DNA of 64,000 bases, taken from assembly GCF_001949145.1 (NCBI RefSeq), contig NW_019091358.1, positions 2,180,240 to 2,244,239 of the forward strand. Direction: 5' to 3'. The translations under genes were made by a program, and so were the position numbers. Positions 50,397 through 64,000 of this stretch are shown here, one piece after another; position 1 is the stretch's first letter, and every line of letters starts with the position of its first letter. The stretch is from Acanthaster planci. Lineage: Eukaryota. The notes under the pieces are model-generated. The model was not told the origin of the DNA, made no database searches, and worked only from the letters and a program-made list of their open reading frames with translations.

Positions 50397-50626
50397 AAAA
50401 TACATCTTGAAAAATAGTTCGCGGTACCCGCTGCTTCATTTGACTCGGACCGGCCAGCCGACCCCGGCAAGCTCGGTGGTCGAGTGGTCAAAACATCTGC
50501 ACTAGTAAGCAGGAGGTCGTGGGTTCGAGTCCCACCCGAGTAAGCTTTTGAGGTTATTTCGCAAACTCTCGGACAAGCACTGAGCATACAGTGCTTATTG
50601 ATATACGTTGGGTAAGGGCAAAACCT
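50397..50626 (+). mobile_element. tRNA-Thr(AGT)-like-containing repeat, copy 2 (tRNA-like part 50471-50542)
   Basis: Aligns to 12740-12970; perfect T-arm GTGGG-TTCGAGT-CCCAC. Confidence 0.85.
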
Positions 50627-53600
50627 GTTATATATAAGATTATTCTTATTAACGTTTGGTCACGTGGCTATGGCGGCTTTAAATCAAACATATCTCTAAA
50701 GTAGTCTGATTCATTTGGTCAGCACTAAGTTTAATTCATGTATATATCGACCTGTATTCTCGTTACCTGCGCGAATCCTAGGTATACATTGGGCACCTAA
50801 ATGACTTGTAAATAATTTGCTTGATTTATTTAATATTTCATAACCGTACTCACAGGGACTGGGTAATTACTCGAAGTGTTAGAATTTGTTGCTTTAAGCC
50901 TATGCGGTATAGCTCAAGATAACACGGTAGCTTCTTTGTGCGAAACAGTCACTGAACTGTGTGGCACGTGCAAAGTATTCCAACCATTAGGCCTAGTATT
51001 TAGGTTCTTTTCTCATGTGTGGGGCAATTTTATTGTGGTTTGTGTCTGGTAAGTATTTCCCATGGATATTCTGCCCGTTAATCAAAATATCCTTCCAAGT
51101 AAATTCAAATTTTCTAATCTGTGAAGTTTTGCACTTTTGAAAGCACTTTGAAGCATGTAAATTATAATAACTCTTACAATCATTTCTATGTCTACAGTTT
51201 GCAAGCAAGTTTAGAGCATGTTTTATTTTGTTGTCTTATTTTTTATTTTGTTGTTTGAGCATACGTGGTTCAGCTGAAGCGCCTGGGTACATTTTGCATT
51301 GTCACTGTTCCTGCACGTATTTATTGACGTCTTTTGGCATGTTTCCTCAGACTTTCTTTTAACTACATCCTAGTCCCCATCATCTCATTTTCAGAAGCTG
51401 CATTTGCCGTCTGGCTACATCCATTAAATTCGAATATCATCAATAATTAGTTGATTTGCCCTTCTCCCTACGTCCGATTTGCCATTTCCCTTTCTGAGAC
51501 CAATGCATGCTTTGTGCCTGGACACATGCTCTCAAAGGGGATACACATTCAGTATTGCCCACTGGAGATGGGAAAGCCTCACTTTTGAGGAGTTGCCACT
51601 GATGAAATTGAAAACACCTGGGCTCTCAACTTGTGACCCCTGACCCTTGCGTCATATATATTCATTACCGTGGGTGATGCCTGATCTAAGGGTGCACCAC
51701 AGCAAATAATTTCCATTAGACAGCAGTGATAAATGTACTTCACAAATATTTTTAAAATACTCACAATTCTAACAGGTATTCAGGCTGCACAGAAAACAAT
51801 GTTCAAAATGTCCACTTTCATTTTCCTTTCAATTTTTACTGGGGTGGCCGTTGTGTTTTTGAGAGATTCTCACCCAAAGCCGACCACCTCTAAAATGAAG
51901 GACATTTCACTGCCCGGAAAAGTAGCCAAATTGAAAATGTATCCTTCTGCAAAACGGCTAGTGACACTTTCGGACCTGATTGCATCCAAATTTCTCAGAA
52001 TCGGAAACCCTGAGTCTGGGCCAGAGGTTCAGTGCCATATATTTCTTCAATTCCTAAATTCCACGGCTCTCAGGACCCTCTAATATAGAATAGTTTGATC
52101 GCATAACTTTTATTAATAAGCTCGGCTGACATATTTCTGACCTATTTATGTGGGTGCACCCCTAAGAATTTTTAAATCGAAGATTTTGTTATTCATCTTG
52201 CGTAAAATCTATTGGTTACAGGGCGTTCGAAGCGCGGAACAACATCCGCGGGGTCATGGTGGGAAACAGGCATGACAGGTTCTCATTCCCTTAAAGGAGC
52301 ATTTTCCAATTTACCTGAGAGCAATGCGCCTCCTTGACAATGTAGCATTGCGGAATCATGAAAAAATTTCATCCAGGAACGCAGTCGACTCCTGTCCGTC
52401 ACAATGAAACAAGTAGGCCTACATGATGATGCATGTGCGTGCTGCCGTGCTTAATGGCCACACTTTCAAGTCAGTTTACACGTCAGTGAAAGTCTAAAAA
52501 CTCCAAACTTAGTCGACTCAGTAATAATTACATGTATAAGCAAAGAAGAAATTCAAACGCGGGAGGTCATGAGTCGAAATCCTACATTTTGTTGACGCAT
52601 ATCCTTTTCACCAGGCTGCTCGGAAGCAACCACCATGTTTGGATCATACCATTATGCTCTAAGGGTTTATTTCCTGTTCCACACATCACACCCGGGTTCC
52701 TATAGTTTCCTTTTCTTGAATTTCTGTCGGTATATTTTAGCTGCTTTTAGGTTTACCCGTTCTTTAACGGAGACTCCCACAACATCTGCGAACACTAAAC
52801 ACTAGAAATTGGCGTCTGCTAAAGTGAAGTGCGAAGAGAAATGAACTCTTATATGATGGTCGGCCGACCATCGTAAAAGAAGAGAACTAACACTCTGTTG
52901 TTTTTTTTTCGAAAACTATAGCATCCTGGGCGGGAATATTTATAGACTGTTTGAGGTTGTTAAGTAATTTCTTTCAAGTAAGATATTTCAAATCATACTT
53001 TAGTCCGATTTAGAGGATTTTACCAATATAATGGTGTGCACTACCTTATGACCAGGAATAATGGTTAGGTATCTCAAAATAGACTTCACCCTCTTCTTGA
53101 TTAATTACAAGTGGCTAAGTTTACACCTCATTCTGAAAATGCCCACTGAAGTCGTGTAACCGCCCTTTTTTATTGCTATTGTTAATGCTGCAGCAAAGAT
53201 ATCAAGTTTCGTTTCGTCTTACATATATAGATAATGCGCAATAATGTGCTCTTTCGCACGGCTTCCGCGCTGACAAAAAGGCAAATTGACCTCCGTGTGT
53301 TGGGGCCGAATCATGAAGAGAAGCATATCACGCCATATATTACGCAGGCAGCTGACGGAGTCTCACCTGCAATTAAAATTTGATGTCAGATCGCTGCCAT
53401 AGGATGGCCTATACACTAACTGTGCACATGCCCGGTGAATTAGACCTGCTGAGTGATAACTGTTGGATTTTGTGATATGTGAAATGCGATGTCTAAAATG
53501 CTGTGGGTAACACTTTTCAGTAGTTCTCCTCTGTCAGTCTAAAGCGAACCACCAAGGCGTTTCTTTGAACTTTTGTCTTGGTGATTCTTAACTAATTAAC

Positions 53601-55380
53601 CGAGATCGAGACAGACTAACCCACTTTGTTAGTATCTCATTTTTTGAGGGGGAGGGGGAAATTCGTTTTGCTGTATTTGTTGTTGGGATGAGCCACCATC
53701 AGTGACTTTAAGGCCTTCACTGATTCAAAGTATCATGCATGAAAGTGTACCAGGTGCATATGAAAGTTTAGCTCCGCGTATTACTTTCAATTGCAAACGT
53801 GAAGCATCGTCATGGGTTGAGAAATCCTGTATCATTGACCTGTGTAACAACATGCCCGAAACGTGTGAAATGGACCCTATAATGCATACGCAAGTGAAAC
53901 TTCAAATCCGCTGCTAAACTCTCAAGATGGTTCGCTCTTGGTATTATATGAATATTTGATTTCTTTTTTAGAGTTCATTTCTTGCTTATGATGTTCCTTT
54001 TTGTTATAGGAACAGTGTCCTTCAACTTTTGCCAAACTACACCAGGCAGACTGATGAATACCATAAAATACAAATCAAATTGTGTTCCCAGTGGGTTGCG
54101 CTTCCCTGCAGCTTTTGGAGGCAGCTATGTGTTTCGTTATTCCCAATGTAGATAGGTATACATAACAATAACGACCTCCTAACAGGAAAAATCGCATTTC
54201 GGTAAATTGATTCATCATACTGACCTCAGTGGTCATCGGGCACCCCGAGCAGGAAATAAAATATTATTCACGGAGATATTTCTACAGTAATAAAAGAGAT
54301 ATCCCTATTTTTGATTAAATGCCAACTTTTCTCCCAGAGGTATAGAAACCTTGGAGTAAATATTTCCATGCCGCTTGTATTCCTCAGAGACCGTGTTCGT
54401 AGGAGGTATTATATGTCTAAAACACTTCTCATTTTGCGAATTTGAATCACACTTCATTGATTAAGACCTTAGTAACCCCTGTGTCGACTTAACACACTCT
54501 GCCGCGCGCGTTGAGAAATCCCTGAATCGCCTTAGTTGTACCTCGCTAATGGAAGCAAAGTGGTTCACGAATCCTATTTTAAGAATACACATCTATACTT
54601 CTCTGCAAGAGGTGCCTTTGGGATACCGTGCTTTGTTGGGTCTGTATGCTTTGTAATAAAATTCATTAAGTGGCGACCTTTCAGGCAGGAATACAGAAAT
54701 AAACTTTCACCGAAATATTTTAAAGTGCCCTTTCACTCACCACGTCAAGCACAATGTCACTGGACGTAATTACAGGCTGGTGTACAGAGTATTTTAAGCA
54801 GAAAATGCAATAAAGTTCTATTATGCCATGTCCAAAAACTTAGTGAGGCGTTGCTGAGTCCCAGAACGAGCAGTCTGTCTTACGTTTTAATTAGTAGTGG
54901 CGTCGGAAGACAGAAACCAAAGAGAAGATCAACTGTTCCTGTCCATGTTTCGACATCGTCGATAGCATGTAGATGGACAGAACACAAAAAAGGTGAGTGA
55001 AAAGCATGTGCAGAAGTTAATCTTTTTAGGCCCGCAGGTTTGCCCTTGGCTCGGCAGGCTGTCTGTTAACCCGTCGCTGTTAGGTCTCGTGGGCCAACAT
55101 TTGGCCTATTTCCACGGGGGAAACAGAAGAAACAAACACCATTGAAATATCGGAACATATTTTTTTTCTTCGTCTCTCTGGGTGATAGAGTGGGCTGGAA
55201 GGCGTTCTCTAAATCAATAAGTTTCGTCGTTTTTGCTCCATTGCAGCGACGACAGCTAAATCTGGTAATCATACTCGGGTTTGCTACTTAAGACACTGAA
55301 CATTTTTTTTAATTGCCGAATCTATGCGTCTGATGAATCAGATATTTGAAGTGGCAATAATGTCTCACGACAGTTGCAGC

Positions 55381-55503
55381 TGTATTGTGTTGTGTTGAAT
55401 TGTGTTGTGGTGTGTCGGTCTTGCTGTGCTGTCTTGTGTTGTCTTGTGTATCGTGTCGTGTCGCCAGTAGACGTGTCGTGTCGTTGTATCGTCTCGTGTT
55501 ATC
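55381..55503. repeat. Degenerate (TGTGT/TGTCT/TCGTG)n pentanucleotide tract
   Basis: tgtattgtgttgtgttgaattgtgttgtgg...tcgtgtcgtgtcg. Confidence 0.8.
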
Positions 55504-58094
55504 TTCAGTTCAAGGTGGGTTGGGTCCTGTTGATTTCTGTCCTTGTTCTCAGGTTTTTGTTTGGATTTTGTCTGTTTGTTTTTGGTTTTTTGCCTTGTGA
55601 GTGCCTTCCTTTTCCCTGCCAATATCTGTTCAACATGTCGCCTTCAAAAGAGGCAAGTGAACCCTTCTTGAATCAGCGGTCAGCATTTGGCAATTATAAA
55701 ACAACGTCGTTGGTAAAGTATTTCGCCGAAAAGGTAGTACCTTGATTTTGAGGGGGGAAAGGGTTTCCTGCAAGGTGTATCGTTTTACATTACATAGTCA
55801 CGTTAACTGCCGAAACCACCCCTCGACCATTTAACTCTTGCACTTATACCTTGAAAGCTCTCAAACGTGTCATGGCTTAATGGCATTATTTTTCAACTGT
55901 TGTATAGCATGGCGGCGGAAGTCTCAACATCACATAAGAGATACGTGACGACCCATTCTCCACAGGAAGGTATTATATATCAGTGCTTACGTCAAAGCTG
56001 GCTCATTGCGAAGAAAAACATAAAACCCCGCATCGAGTTCTCTCACCGATCCCGTTGGCTGTTACAAAATAGAAAACAGTTCTAGTTATCATTAAAAAAT
56101 ATTGTTGGGAACGTTTTATTTATGTGTACATTGTGGTTTACATGAAGAGAAATTTTATTGGCTATATTGGGCTAATATCATATTTAAAATATGAGTAGTA
56201 TCCACAATTTACATGTTCTCAACAAAATGCACAATGCCGGAATGCAAAGAGGCGATCAAATGAAAACAGAAAAACACTGTCAAAACTGAAAATTTACTCT
56301 TCAAATAAAATTACGGAATAGAAAAGTATTGTGTACAAGAATATGTTTTGCCTAGAGTCTAACAGGCTGACTAAACTACATGTTTGAGATTGTAAACAGA
56401 AGGAAATAGTTTGACATGGGCATACATATAGGCCCTATTCTTTTCCAACGCTGGCATTAAATCGGCAAATAAACGAAAAAAAAATAGTATCATCACGTTT
56501 CAAAATGAAAGAAAAAATGTAAAGTGAATTTTATGAACACGTATAATTTTCCATTGTTCTGTAGGAACCCAAAGCAACCGGGACCAGAGTCCAAATGACT
56601 CTAGTCAATGGCTCTACCCAAGGCCTACTGGATTCGACTCGATTTCCAACGGTTAATGACTCCAATTTACTTGAGTTCCTCATCACGACACCCAACTCGA
56701 GTAAAATTTATTAAGAGTCATCAGAAAATAGAAAATTGCAGAACAGAAATAAAAAAAAAATAGTGACAGCATGTATTATTGATTCAATCTGAGGAAAACT
56801 GAATTTTTTTTTAAATGACCATATGTGCCTTTGAAGCAATACTAGCTGTCACAACAGAATACAATTGCCCAAGATTTTCTCACCACATATGAACAGACCA
56901 GTGTTGGACCTAATCGCAACCAAAACGAAAGTATTTTCAGACCTCTGGCGAGTTGACGTTTTGATGGGCAAATATAGCGTAAAAGGTTAATTTTGCAAGT
57001 TCTAAAAACATAAAGCGTTTTCGAAACGAGTGGATTCGGTTTAGATTTTACTTTCGCTGGGTCCAGCCATTTTTGAAACAACGTTCAAAACCACATGTTA
57101 AAGCTCTGACTAGAACCAGCGAAACTGATGTCCACTGTAAAAAAGTTTTTTTACAGCGATTTTGTGCCTGTTAAATGATTTTACATTTCAAGTTACTGTA
57201 AATGAACTGAATAGTGCACAATTGTCTGTTTTTAATCGCTTCTTTGTTTAACAGAAATGCAGTGAATTAACAGGAAATTCGTTTTCAAAATGTACATTCT
57301 GTAAAACATTTTGTTTTTTACACTATTTTCAATGCAAATCCGCTTTTTTTAAATTGTCTAAAAATATGTAAAATTACAATACAATTTGTTTTGTTTTTAT
57401 TAGTATTCCTTGTTTCACATAAATATAAACCTTTTTTGGCAACATCTTCATAAACTTCAAGAAGTACCTGCGTTTTTGTCAGAATATGGATGTGTTATTT
57501 GATTTTACATTTACAATAAACCTATGACTGTTTCCGTGTCCCGATTATTTACAATACTTACACTTCTCTGTTAATTTATAGTTCTATTTGTTAAAGCAGA
57601 GCTGACTTACGGTCCTGCTGTGTTCTTTACGGAATCTGTTTACATTTTTTCAACAAGTTGTCTGCAAACAACGAATAAATCAAGAGCTTTTCACAAGTTT
57701 TGCATGCATTTATATCCTGTCTTAATTTCCTCCTATTAATTTTGTTACTGCACATAGCCGAAGTCATAAAATTTGTTCAGACTGTACCCTACAGCTATGA
57801 AGTCGTATGGCCCAGCTTTGAGTTTGGTCGTTGGTTTACTGTTAAATTAGTTGACGTATCCGGATCTACTTTAACAGTTTCTCCTATTTAAATAAGGCCT
57901 AGAAATGGCACTATTCGGACTCTGGCTTAGTGATGGCGCTCAAAATCCTGAGTGTTATACATGCATCACTTTTAACTCAGTTTAATGCAGGACTGAAGTC
58001 GCAGTGTGGAAACTTTCCAAGCCGTGGGAAAGTTTTTTACAGTCTCGTTCATTTAACAAGTTTACGGCGCTCTGTGAGTGCCATCCGGCTTGTT

Positions 58095-58815
58095 CAGATG
58101 CTAAGATAATTTATCTTTGTAAGTCGACTAATAAAGCATATTTGGTCGATTTAACGAGATAAATGATGTAGTTAAGTTGACTTCCTGATTATAGTAAGTT
58201 GACATCCCGAGATATTTTATGACATTAAGCCTGCTTCCAGAGTTCCCTATATCGGCTTGGCGAGATAATTTATGTTATTAAGTCGACTTCCTAATTCAAG
58301 TAAGTCGACTTGGCGAGATAATTTATGTCATAAATTCTACTTCCAGAACTCAGTATGTCGTCTCGGAAGAATGTTTTTGTTGTCAAGTCTACTTCCGGAT
58401 TTTGCTTGTCAAGTTGGCGAGATAAGTTAAATACTCAAGTCAAATTCCTAATTCTAGTACATGTAAGTCAAGTCGACTTTGCGACACAATTCTTGTCATC
58501 AAGTCTACTCTCAGAATTCACCATGTCGAATGTGGATTATCTTGCCATGTTGACTTACTAGAACTATGAAGTCAACTTGCAACATAATTTATATTGCCAA
58601 GTCCACACAGTGAATTTCACAAGCAGACTCACTGACATAGATTATCTTTTCAAGTCGACCTACCAGAATTAGGAAGTTGGATTGAATACATAAAGTTTCT
58701 CGCCAAGTCGTCTTCCCACAATTGTAAAGTTCACTTGACAACATAAATTATCTCGCCGAGTTCACATCGCGAAAAAGCAGTCTTGATGACACAAGTTATC
58801 TTGCCAAGTCGTCTC
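58095..58815. repeat. 53-bp tandem array in head-to-head (foldback) arrangement
   Basis: CGAGATA anchors at 58155, 58208, 58261, 58314 (period 53); orientation flips near 58535 to TTATCT(C/T)GCC copies. Confidence 0.88.
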
Positions 58816-60074
58816 ACCAAATAAGGTACGCGTACGCGTACCCTACGGTACGCGTGCATGCTGGGAGCGCGCGTGAAGTAAAAGGGCGGCCGTATACGTG
58901 TTTTTTAGATCCTCCGTGCATAACATGCCGTGTGTACGTACATGTATGCACACAGCCTACAAGTTACAGGTGATGTCCAACTTCAGAAGCCGGAGTGAAC
59001 TTTCGTCTGTTGAAAATCTGTATGCTCATTGCGGCTTTCTTTAATTTCAATGTGCAGCACCCAACCGAAATGGAATACTCTTGAGCTTGTACGGCGGTAT
59101 GTGTAATTTACTTTTTGGTGCTAATAATGGGTGATTCATAATAGTGTGCCACCATGCCATGTTTGCAGTGTGGAAGCCATTCTATGTAATACACGTTTAA
59201 AGGGTTGGGGACTTGTTGATTAGCACTTAAGAAAAGCTTGACAAATACGTGCATTGTCGGCCACTGCTTTGCAATTACTCGTACAAGGGATGGACCCTGA
59301 TCTTGTAAACCTACAGCTGCTAGATCTCTCTAGATGTTTTGGAACCAGTTGCAGATAATCCAGTTTCCTATAGGCCTACTACAAAAGTGGTGAAACTTCT
59401 CCACTGAATTCCACATTAAAAATTTTGAGTCTCACATGGACGTCTTTCCCGAGGACAGTAAGAGAATCCGCAGGAGTCCGCACTCATGGTGTCTTCTGAG
59501 AACAGCAGGTTTCTCCAAAAGCAATAAATAAAAGCAATAAATCCCACAAGGTGTATTCGCAAATCTGTCTTTCTCATTTACTTTGTCTAAAAGGGCACTT
59601 GTATGAGGGAAAGTGCAAATTTTAGGTCCGGAATAATTGGGTCTTGCTAACTGTTGGGGTCTGCATTTATGAGGACTTACCGGTAATTTTATCTTGGTTT
59701 TTCAGCAATAACTATTTTTGTAGGTACATTGAACCGACATTTCCAGACTAACATAACTCTATAGGCTGTAGCACGCAGTGTCCTGTTAAACCTTGCTACA
59801 AATTTGTGACATTATTGTTCACTTTTGTGGGTTGTAACCAATGTCTTCTTCAGCTGTCTCCTGGGGATCAACCCTGAGAAGAGTATTCAAAACACAGAGA
59901 GAAGGGACACAGGAAGAACCTTCAAAGTGCAATCAGTAAAGTGCTGACATTCATCAATGGGCTGAAGCATTTTGAGTCAGACTGGTCAGTTTAAATGAGA
60001 TTAACTTCGGCTCATCTTAAGCACCCACAAAGCGGGTAAGGGGGAGCTTGAAAAAATTAATAATTTAAGGAAAA

Positions 60075-60800
60075 ATTATGAGCAAAAGTACAACAGGTGT
60101 TGATATTTGTTTAGTTTTATATCAGGGTATGTCAGAAAAAATATGGCTTCACAAACTCATTGCTTAACGTACATTAAGGTTCTTCATATTTCTTGTTTGA
60201 GGTTTTAAGACACCAAGTGTATACAGGGAATTTACATTTAGTAAATATGAGCAAAGGGCATGTTTCATTTGAATTTAAGACACCAAACGTTAAAGGTTAC
60301 ATGTCGGAGCTCTCTTTTGAGTATAAACACCCAATCTAAAATTTATTATTTTCTGTAGTAAATATGCCCAAAGTTATATGTTACATAATTTTGTTTTTAT
60401 TATTTTTTTTATTTCAGAAACCAAGTGTGTGCTAAAGAAATAATTATTGCGGGTTAACATGAGCACATTTTTGGTTTTGAATTTTTGACACCAAGTGTGT
60501 GCAGAGAAATTATTTTCTTAAGTCAGCAAATGCAAAGGTATATGTCCGATTTATTTGTTAATTTTTTCTTTGAAGTCGCAAAGTGTGTTGAATAAATTAA
60601 TTTCTTCAGTAAAAATGAGCAACTGTACACTTAAGATTTATTTTTTAAGAGTTCAAGACACCAAATGTATGCCATGATATTAAATTTTTTTGTCATAAAT
60701 TTAAGCAAATATAGATGTACATGACAGATTTTTATTTTGTTTTTAGTTTAAGACAGTGTGTTTCAGAAAACATTCCTATATATCGAATACATGAGCAGAG
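60075..60800 (+). repeat. Highly degenerate AT-rich tandem repeat (~70-90-bp period)
   Basis: Alternating atgagcaaa and tttaagacaccaagtgt motifs recurring about 8-9 times. Confidence 0.65.
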
Positions 60801-63800
60801 GATTTGCATGTTTTCATTTGCTAATATTATATAAAAAACACAGAACTTCCCGATTGTAGGCTTTCACTGGCACACATGGCAGAAGGTGTATATAAAGTTT
60901 TATTTTATAGTTGGTTTCAGCTTTATATAGCCAGTTGATGTTTGGCATATGCTTTTGGCTTGGAACGTTTTCTAAAAATAGTTACATTCCTGTAAATTGC
61001 CGTGTTGCAGAGAACAAAGCTTATATTTTGGAAGCTGAAAACAGTTCAGTGTTGGTGTCGTTTAATTTTACCGACATTATGTTAAAATGTCTAAATTCCC
61101 TTCAAGCAAATGACCGACAAAGATTGATGAAATCACAAATAGTTATTTAAAAAAAAAAAATCGCCGTTAAATGAAAGAACTGGCATGGAAAGTAAACAGC
61201 AGTACATACCTGGCTGTTATTTGACAGACAGTCGATTTTCGAGAATTTCTGTGTCTGATGGAATAAAAAGCATTAATACAGGCAAGGCAATTATTTAAGA
61301 TTTAATGTTTTTAAGGAAAACATATTGCATTGCATTTTATTGAACAAACACTGTCTGTTAATGAAATAATCAACATCACATAGAAATAGCAACACAGACA
61401 CATTGTAATTTGGAATAGGAAACTATTTTCAGGATTACATTTGTCTTGCTAAATTACACAAATTGAACACGTTTGTAAACGCAAAAACAAAGTACCTGCA
61501 ATTGGCTTAACTCATTTGACATGTCTTTTTCTGCAAATTTACAGAATTTTTTACAGTTTATTTAAGCCGAATCCACTCGTTTCAAAAACGACCATACTTC
61601 ATTGCAAAAGAAGCACAAAATGAGCTATTTCCATGGCAACCCGTAACGTATGGATTTGAAGAGTCTATTTTGTTAATGTTAACCTAAGTTAAAATGTAGA
61701 TTTTTTTTTTACAGTGGGCACATACATGTAATTATATGTGGTATTTAAAAAGAAACTTCTTTGCGAAAAAATGCAGTGACTTACACTGACGGTTTAAAAT
61801 GTTCAAACTTTATTATCATCAAAGGTTTGTGGTGAGTCCCTATGTAGAAACAAAGAGGTCAAGTTACAAATGCCTAAGAAATGACTCTCTCTCTGTTTTT
61901 AGTTACCTTATTGAGTTCTTTTAGTGGTGACTTGAATTGACTAGTTTAAACATTTTCCCTAATGACTCAACCCGACTCCAGTCACTAAGTTAAAATGAGT
62001 AAACTCGGCTTGACGCGAGTCACAAAGGTCATTTACTCGCTACAACTCTAAACGAGGTCAATTAATGAGTAAACATGCATTCCCTACTTCATAGCAAGAA
62101 GTATACAAATGTAGGGCCATTATCGAAGTCATCAATGACATGATTAGGAAGATATCAGAAGTCCTCTGCTGGAAATGTCTATGTACTGCTTCTCTTTACG
62201 TGGATAAAACAGTCTATATAAATAGTTCGTTGGTTTTTCTCTGAGGCTTGTCAGTATTTGCCAATGATGGTCGACGTTGCAGTTGACAGGCAAGAACCAC
62301 TTCCTCTTGGCAGGCCTTACCAGCCGCACATTGTGCTTCCTATCCACGAGCTTCCTTGGCAGTGACATCGATGAATGGCGTCAAGCTGAGCTGTACCGTT
62401 CTGCATCTGACCTTAAGAGGATCTCTCTTATTGTGCCTGTTGGAAAGTCTGATGGTGAGCTCTCGTTTCACATGCTGCAAGAATGCCCTTGGCTTCACGA
62501 TAATTATTCACTTTAATAGTTGCATATCTTTTCTATTAACAAACGCAAGTCTTTAGCAATAAGGCACCAGGTGTGGTTCGGCCGAGTAATAATGGGCGGC
62601 AACTCCTCTGTCCCCATAGCAATTGCACCAGGCAATTTTAGAAGCACAACTACAAAAGAGGGAGCTTAGTGCTTCCCTAAATACAAAATGTTAACCTGTT
62701 AACCGGTGATGATATCATACCTTGGAAACAAAAACAAATTTGTCAAAGGAACCAGATTGAGTTACAATGAGAAAATTATTTATATTGGTTTTGTTGACAC
62801 TGACATCTGAACAAATATGCATCTTGTTTTGTAAAGATCCAAGAAACAGGTAAGTTTACTCATACATGAACGTAATTTTTTAAATTCATTAAATTAATCA
62901 TAGCTTATGCCATTTTGGGTTGCCGTAGCCTTTCTTAAGACCATAATTCACGTGTTATCAACACGTGCTTATGTGTGGGACAGTTTGAATCCTGAAAGAT
63001 TCATCTGTGGAATTTGAAGCGCAGCGAAATATTTTAATAAATTAAAGTTACTTTGTACACTGATTCAGGACAAATTTTATGCGTAACGAAGAAAAATAGC
63101 CGTGGAAGTGTTGGTATGCTTTCCAATCTTCAACTGTCAATGTCATTATTTTTTTATTTTCAACGTAATTAAACCGCTTTTTTAGCATGCATGAATCTGT
63201 AAAGGAATACAGCTGCAGCGTTCAATCACTTGCATGATATTATTTAAGAACGAAAATTCCATGGCGGTCCCTTGGAAAGCAAAGCACGCTCTGTCTCCAT
63301 TTTAAAACTGACTTACCAAATGTTTCAACAAGTCAACGCGTGCATGCATCCGACGAAGGAGAAATAATAAAATATTGGACACGTGATGGTTAGTAATGTA
63401 CTCTATGTACTGTCTTAGTGTCATTTGCCAACTTGATGAGAGAAAAATTGGGTTCCAAGTAAGTGGTAAGGCAGCATACAGTGCAGTATGCCGTCTGAAA
63501 CATAAGGCCTGAGTGTAGTCTGGACTATAAACAATCTTGCCCTTTTCACTTTCCTGAACTTACCACATTTGTAACCAAGACAAACACGAAAAGTGACTTG
63601 CTTGTTTCTTTGTCCTTCTGCAGTGTTTGCAGAGGCGCCCTCGTGGGAGATAAATCAATGATTGACGCTGGCTGAGAAGTCAAAATTTCCAGGTGGTGAG
63701 GACATATCAACCTAATAGAAATCAAACCAGGCAAGCAAAAGCTTGACTTTGGGCAAGTTCAGCTTGAGGCACTCGTGCTTTAACGCCTAACACATATTTT

Positions 63801-64000
63801 GGTGAAAAGATTAGAAATATCAATTTGCCTGAGGCACAGATTTCCGTAATGCTACGTGTCAATCAGATTGATTGATCGACCAACCTAGCTGTTGTTTCCA
63901 GTCTCTTTGGTTGAAAAGTGTTTACTCTGTTCCCATAAGAGCATTAATGACAGCAAGCAGGAAGTGCATGTGTTCAAAACTAAATAGACAAACGGATTCA

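Larger units (their letters stand above)
57133..61558. mobile_element. Non-autonomous CACTA/EnSpm-like element (~4.4 kb with internal repeat arrays)
   Basis: Left CACTGTAAAAAA, right TTTTTTACAGTT; many subterminal ctgtaaa/ctgttaa/tttacag/ttaacag motifs; splits one arm of an older palindrome (57110-57124 continues at 61561-61590). Confidence 0.65.

Noticed and set aside
58095..58815. CRISPR-like array
   Set aside because: Eukaryotic context, no cas genes, degenerate units and homologous 'spacers'

Overview
Gene-poor, repeat-rich eukaryotic DNA, probably a marine invertebrate deuterostome such as an echinoderm or hemichordate (inferred from the receptor type and repeats, not proven). The only protein-coding gene I can support is the 3' part of a + strand kisspeptin-receptor-like (KISS1R/GPR54 family) class A GPCR. 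It has a 136-nt exon at 11683-11818 (TM3-DRY-ICL2-start of TM4), then TWO tandem, intact, diverged copies of the final coding exon (16156-16733 and 16826-17421). Each copy has its own phase-matched acceptor and encodes TM4-TM7 plus the C-tail. This suggests one gene making two receptors with a common N-terminal half and swappable C-terminal halves, and it is the top finding. The rest is mobile-element debris: a twice-present repeat with an internal tRNA-Thr-like cloverleaf, a SINE, a CR1/L2-group LINE remnant interrupted by a MITE, several MITEs, and a nested CACTA/EnSpm-like element holding a head-to-head 53-bp array. There is also a perfect 40-bp intronic palindrome, a local duplication flanked by a 36-bp direct repeat with N gaps at equivalent positions, and degenerate pentamer tracts. 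Most listed ORFs look spurious. Identity values are by-eye estimates.
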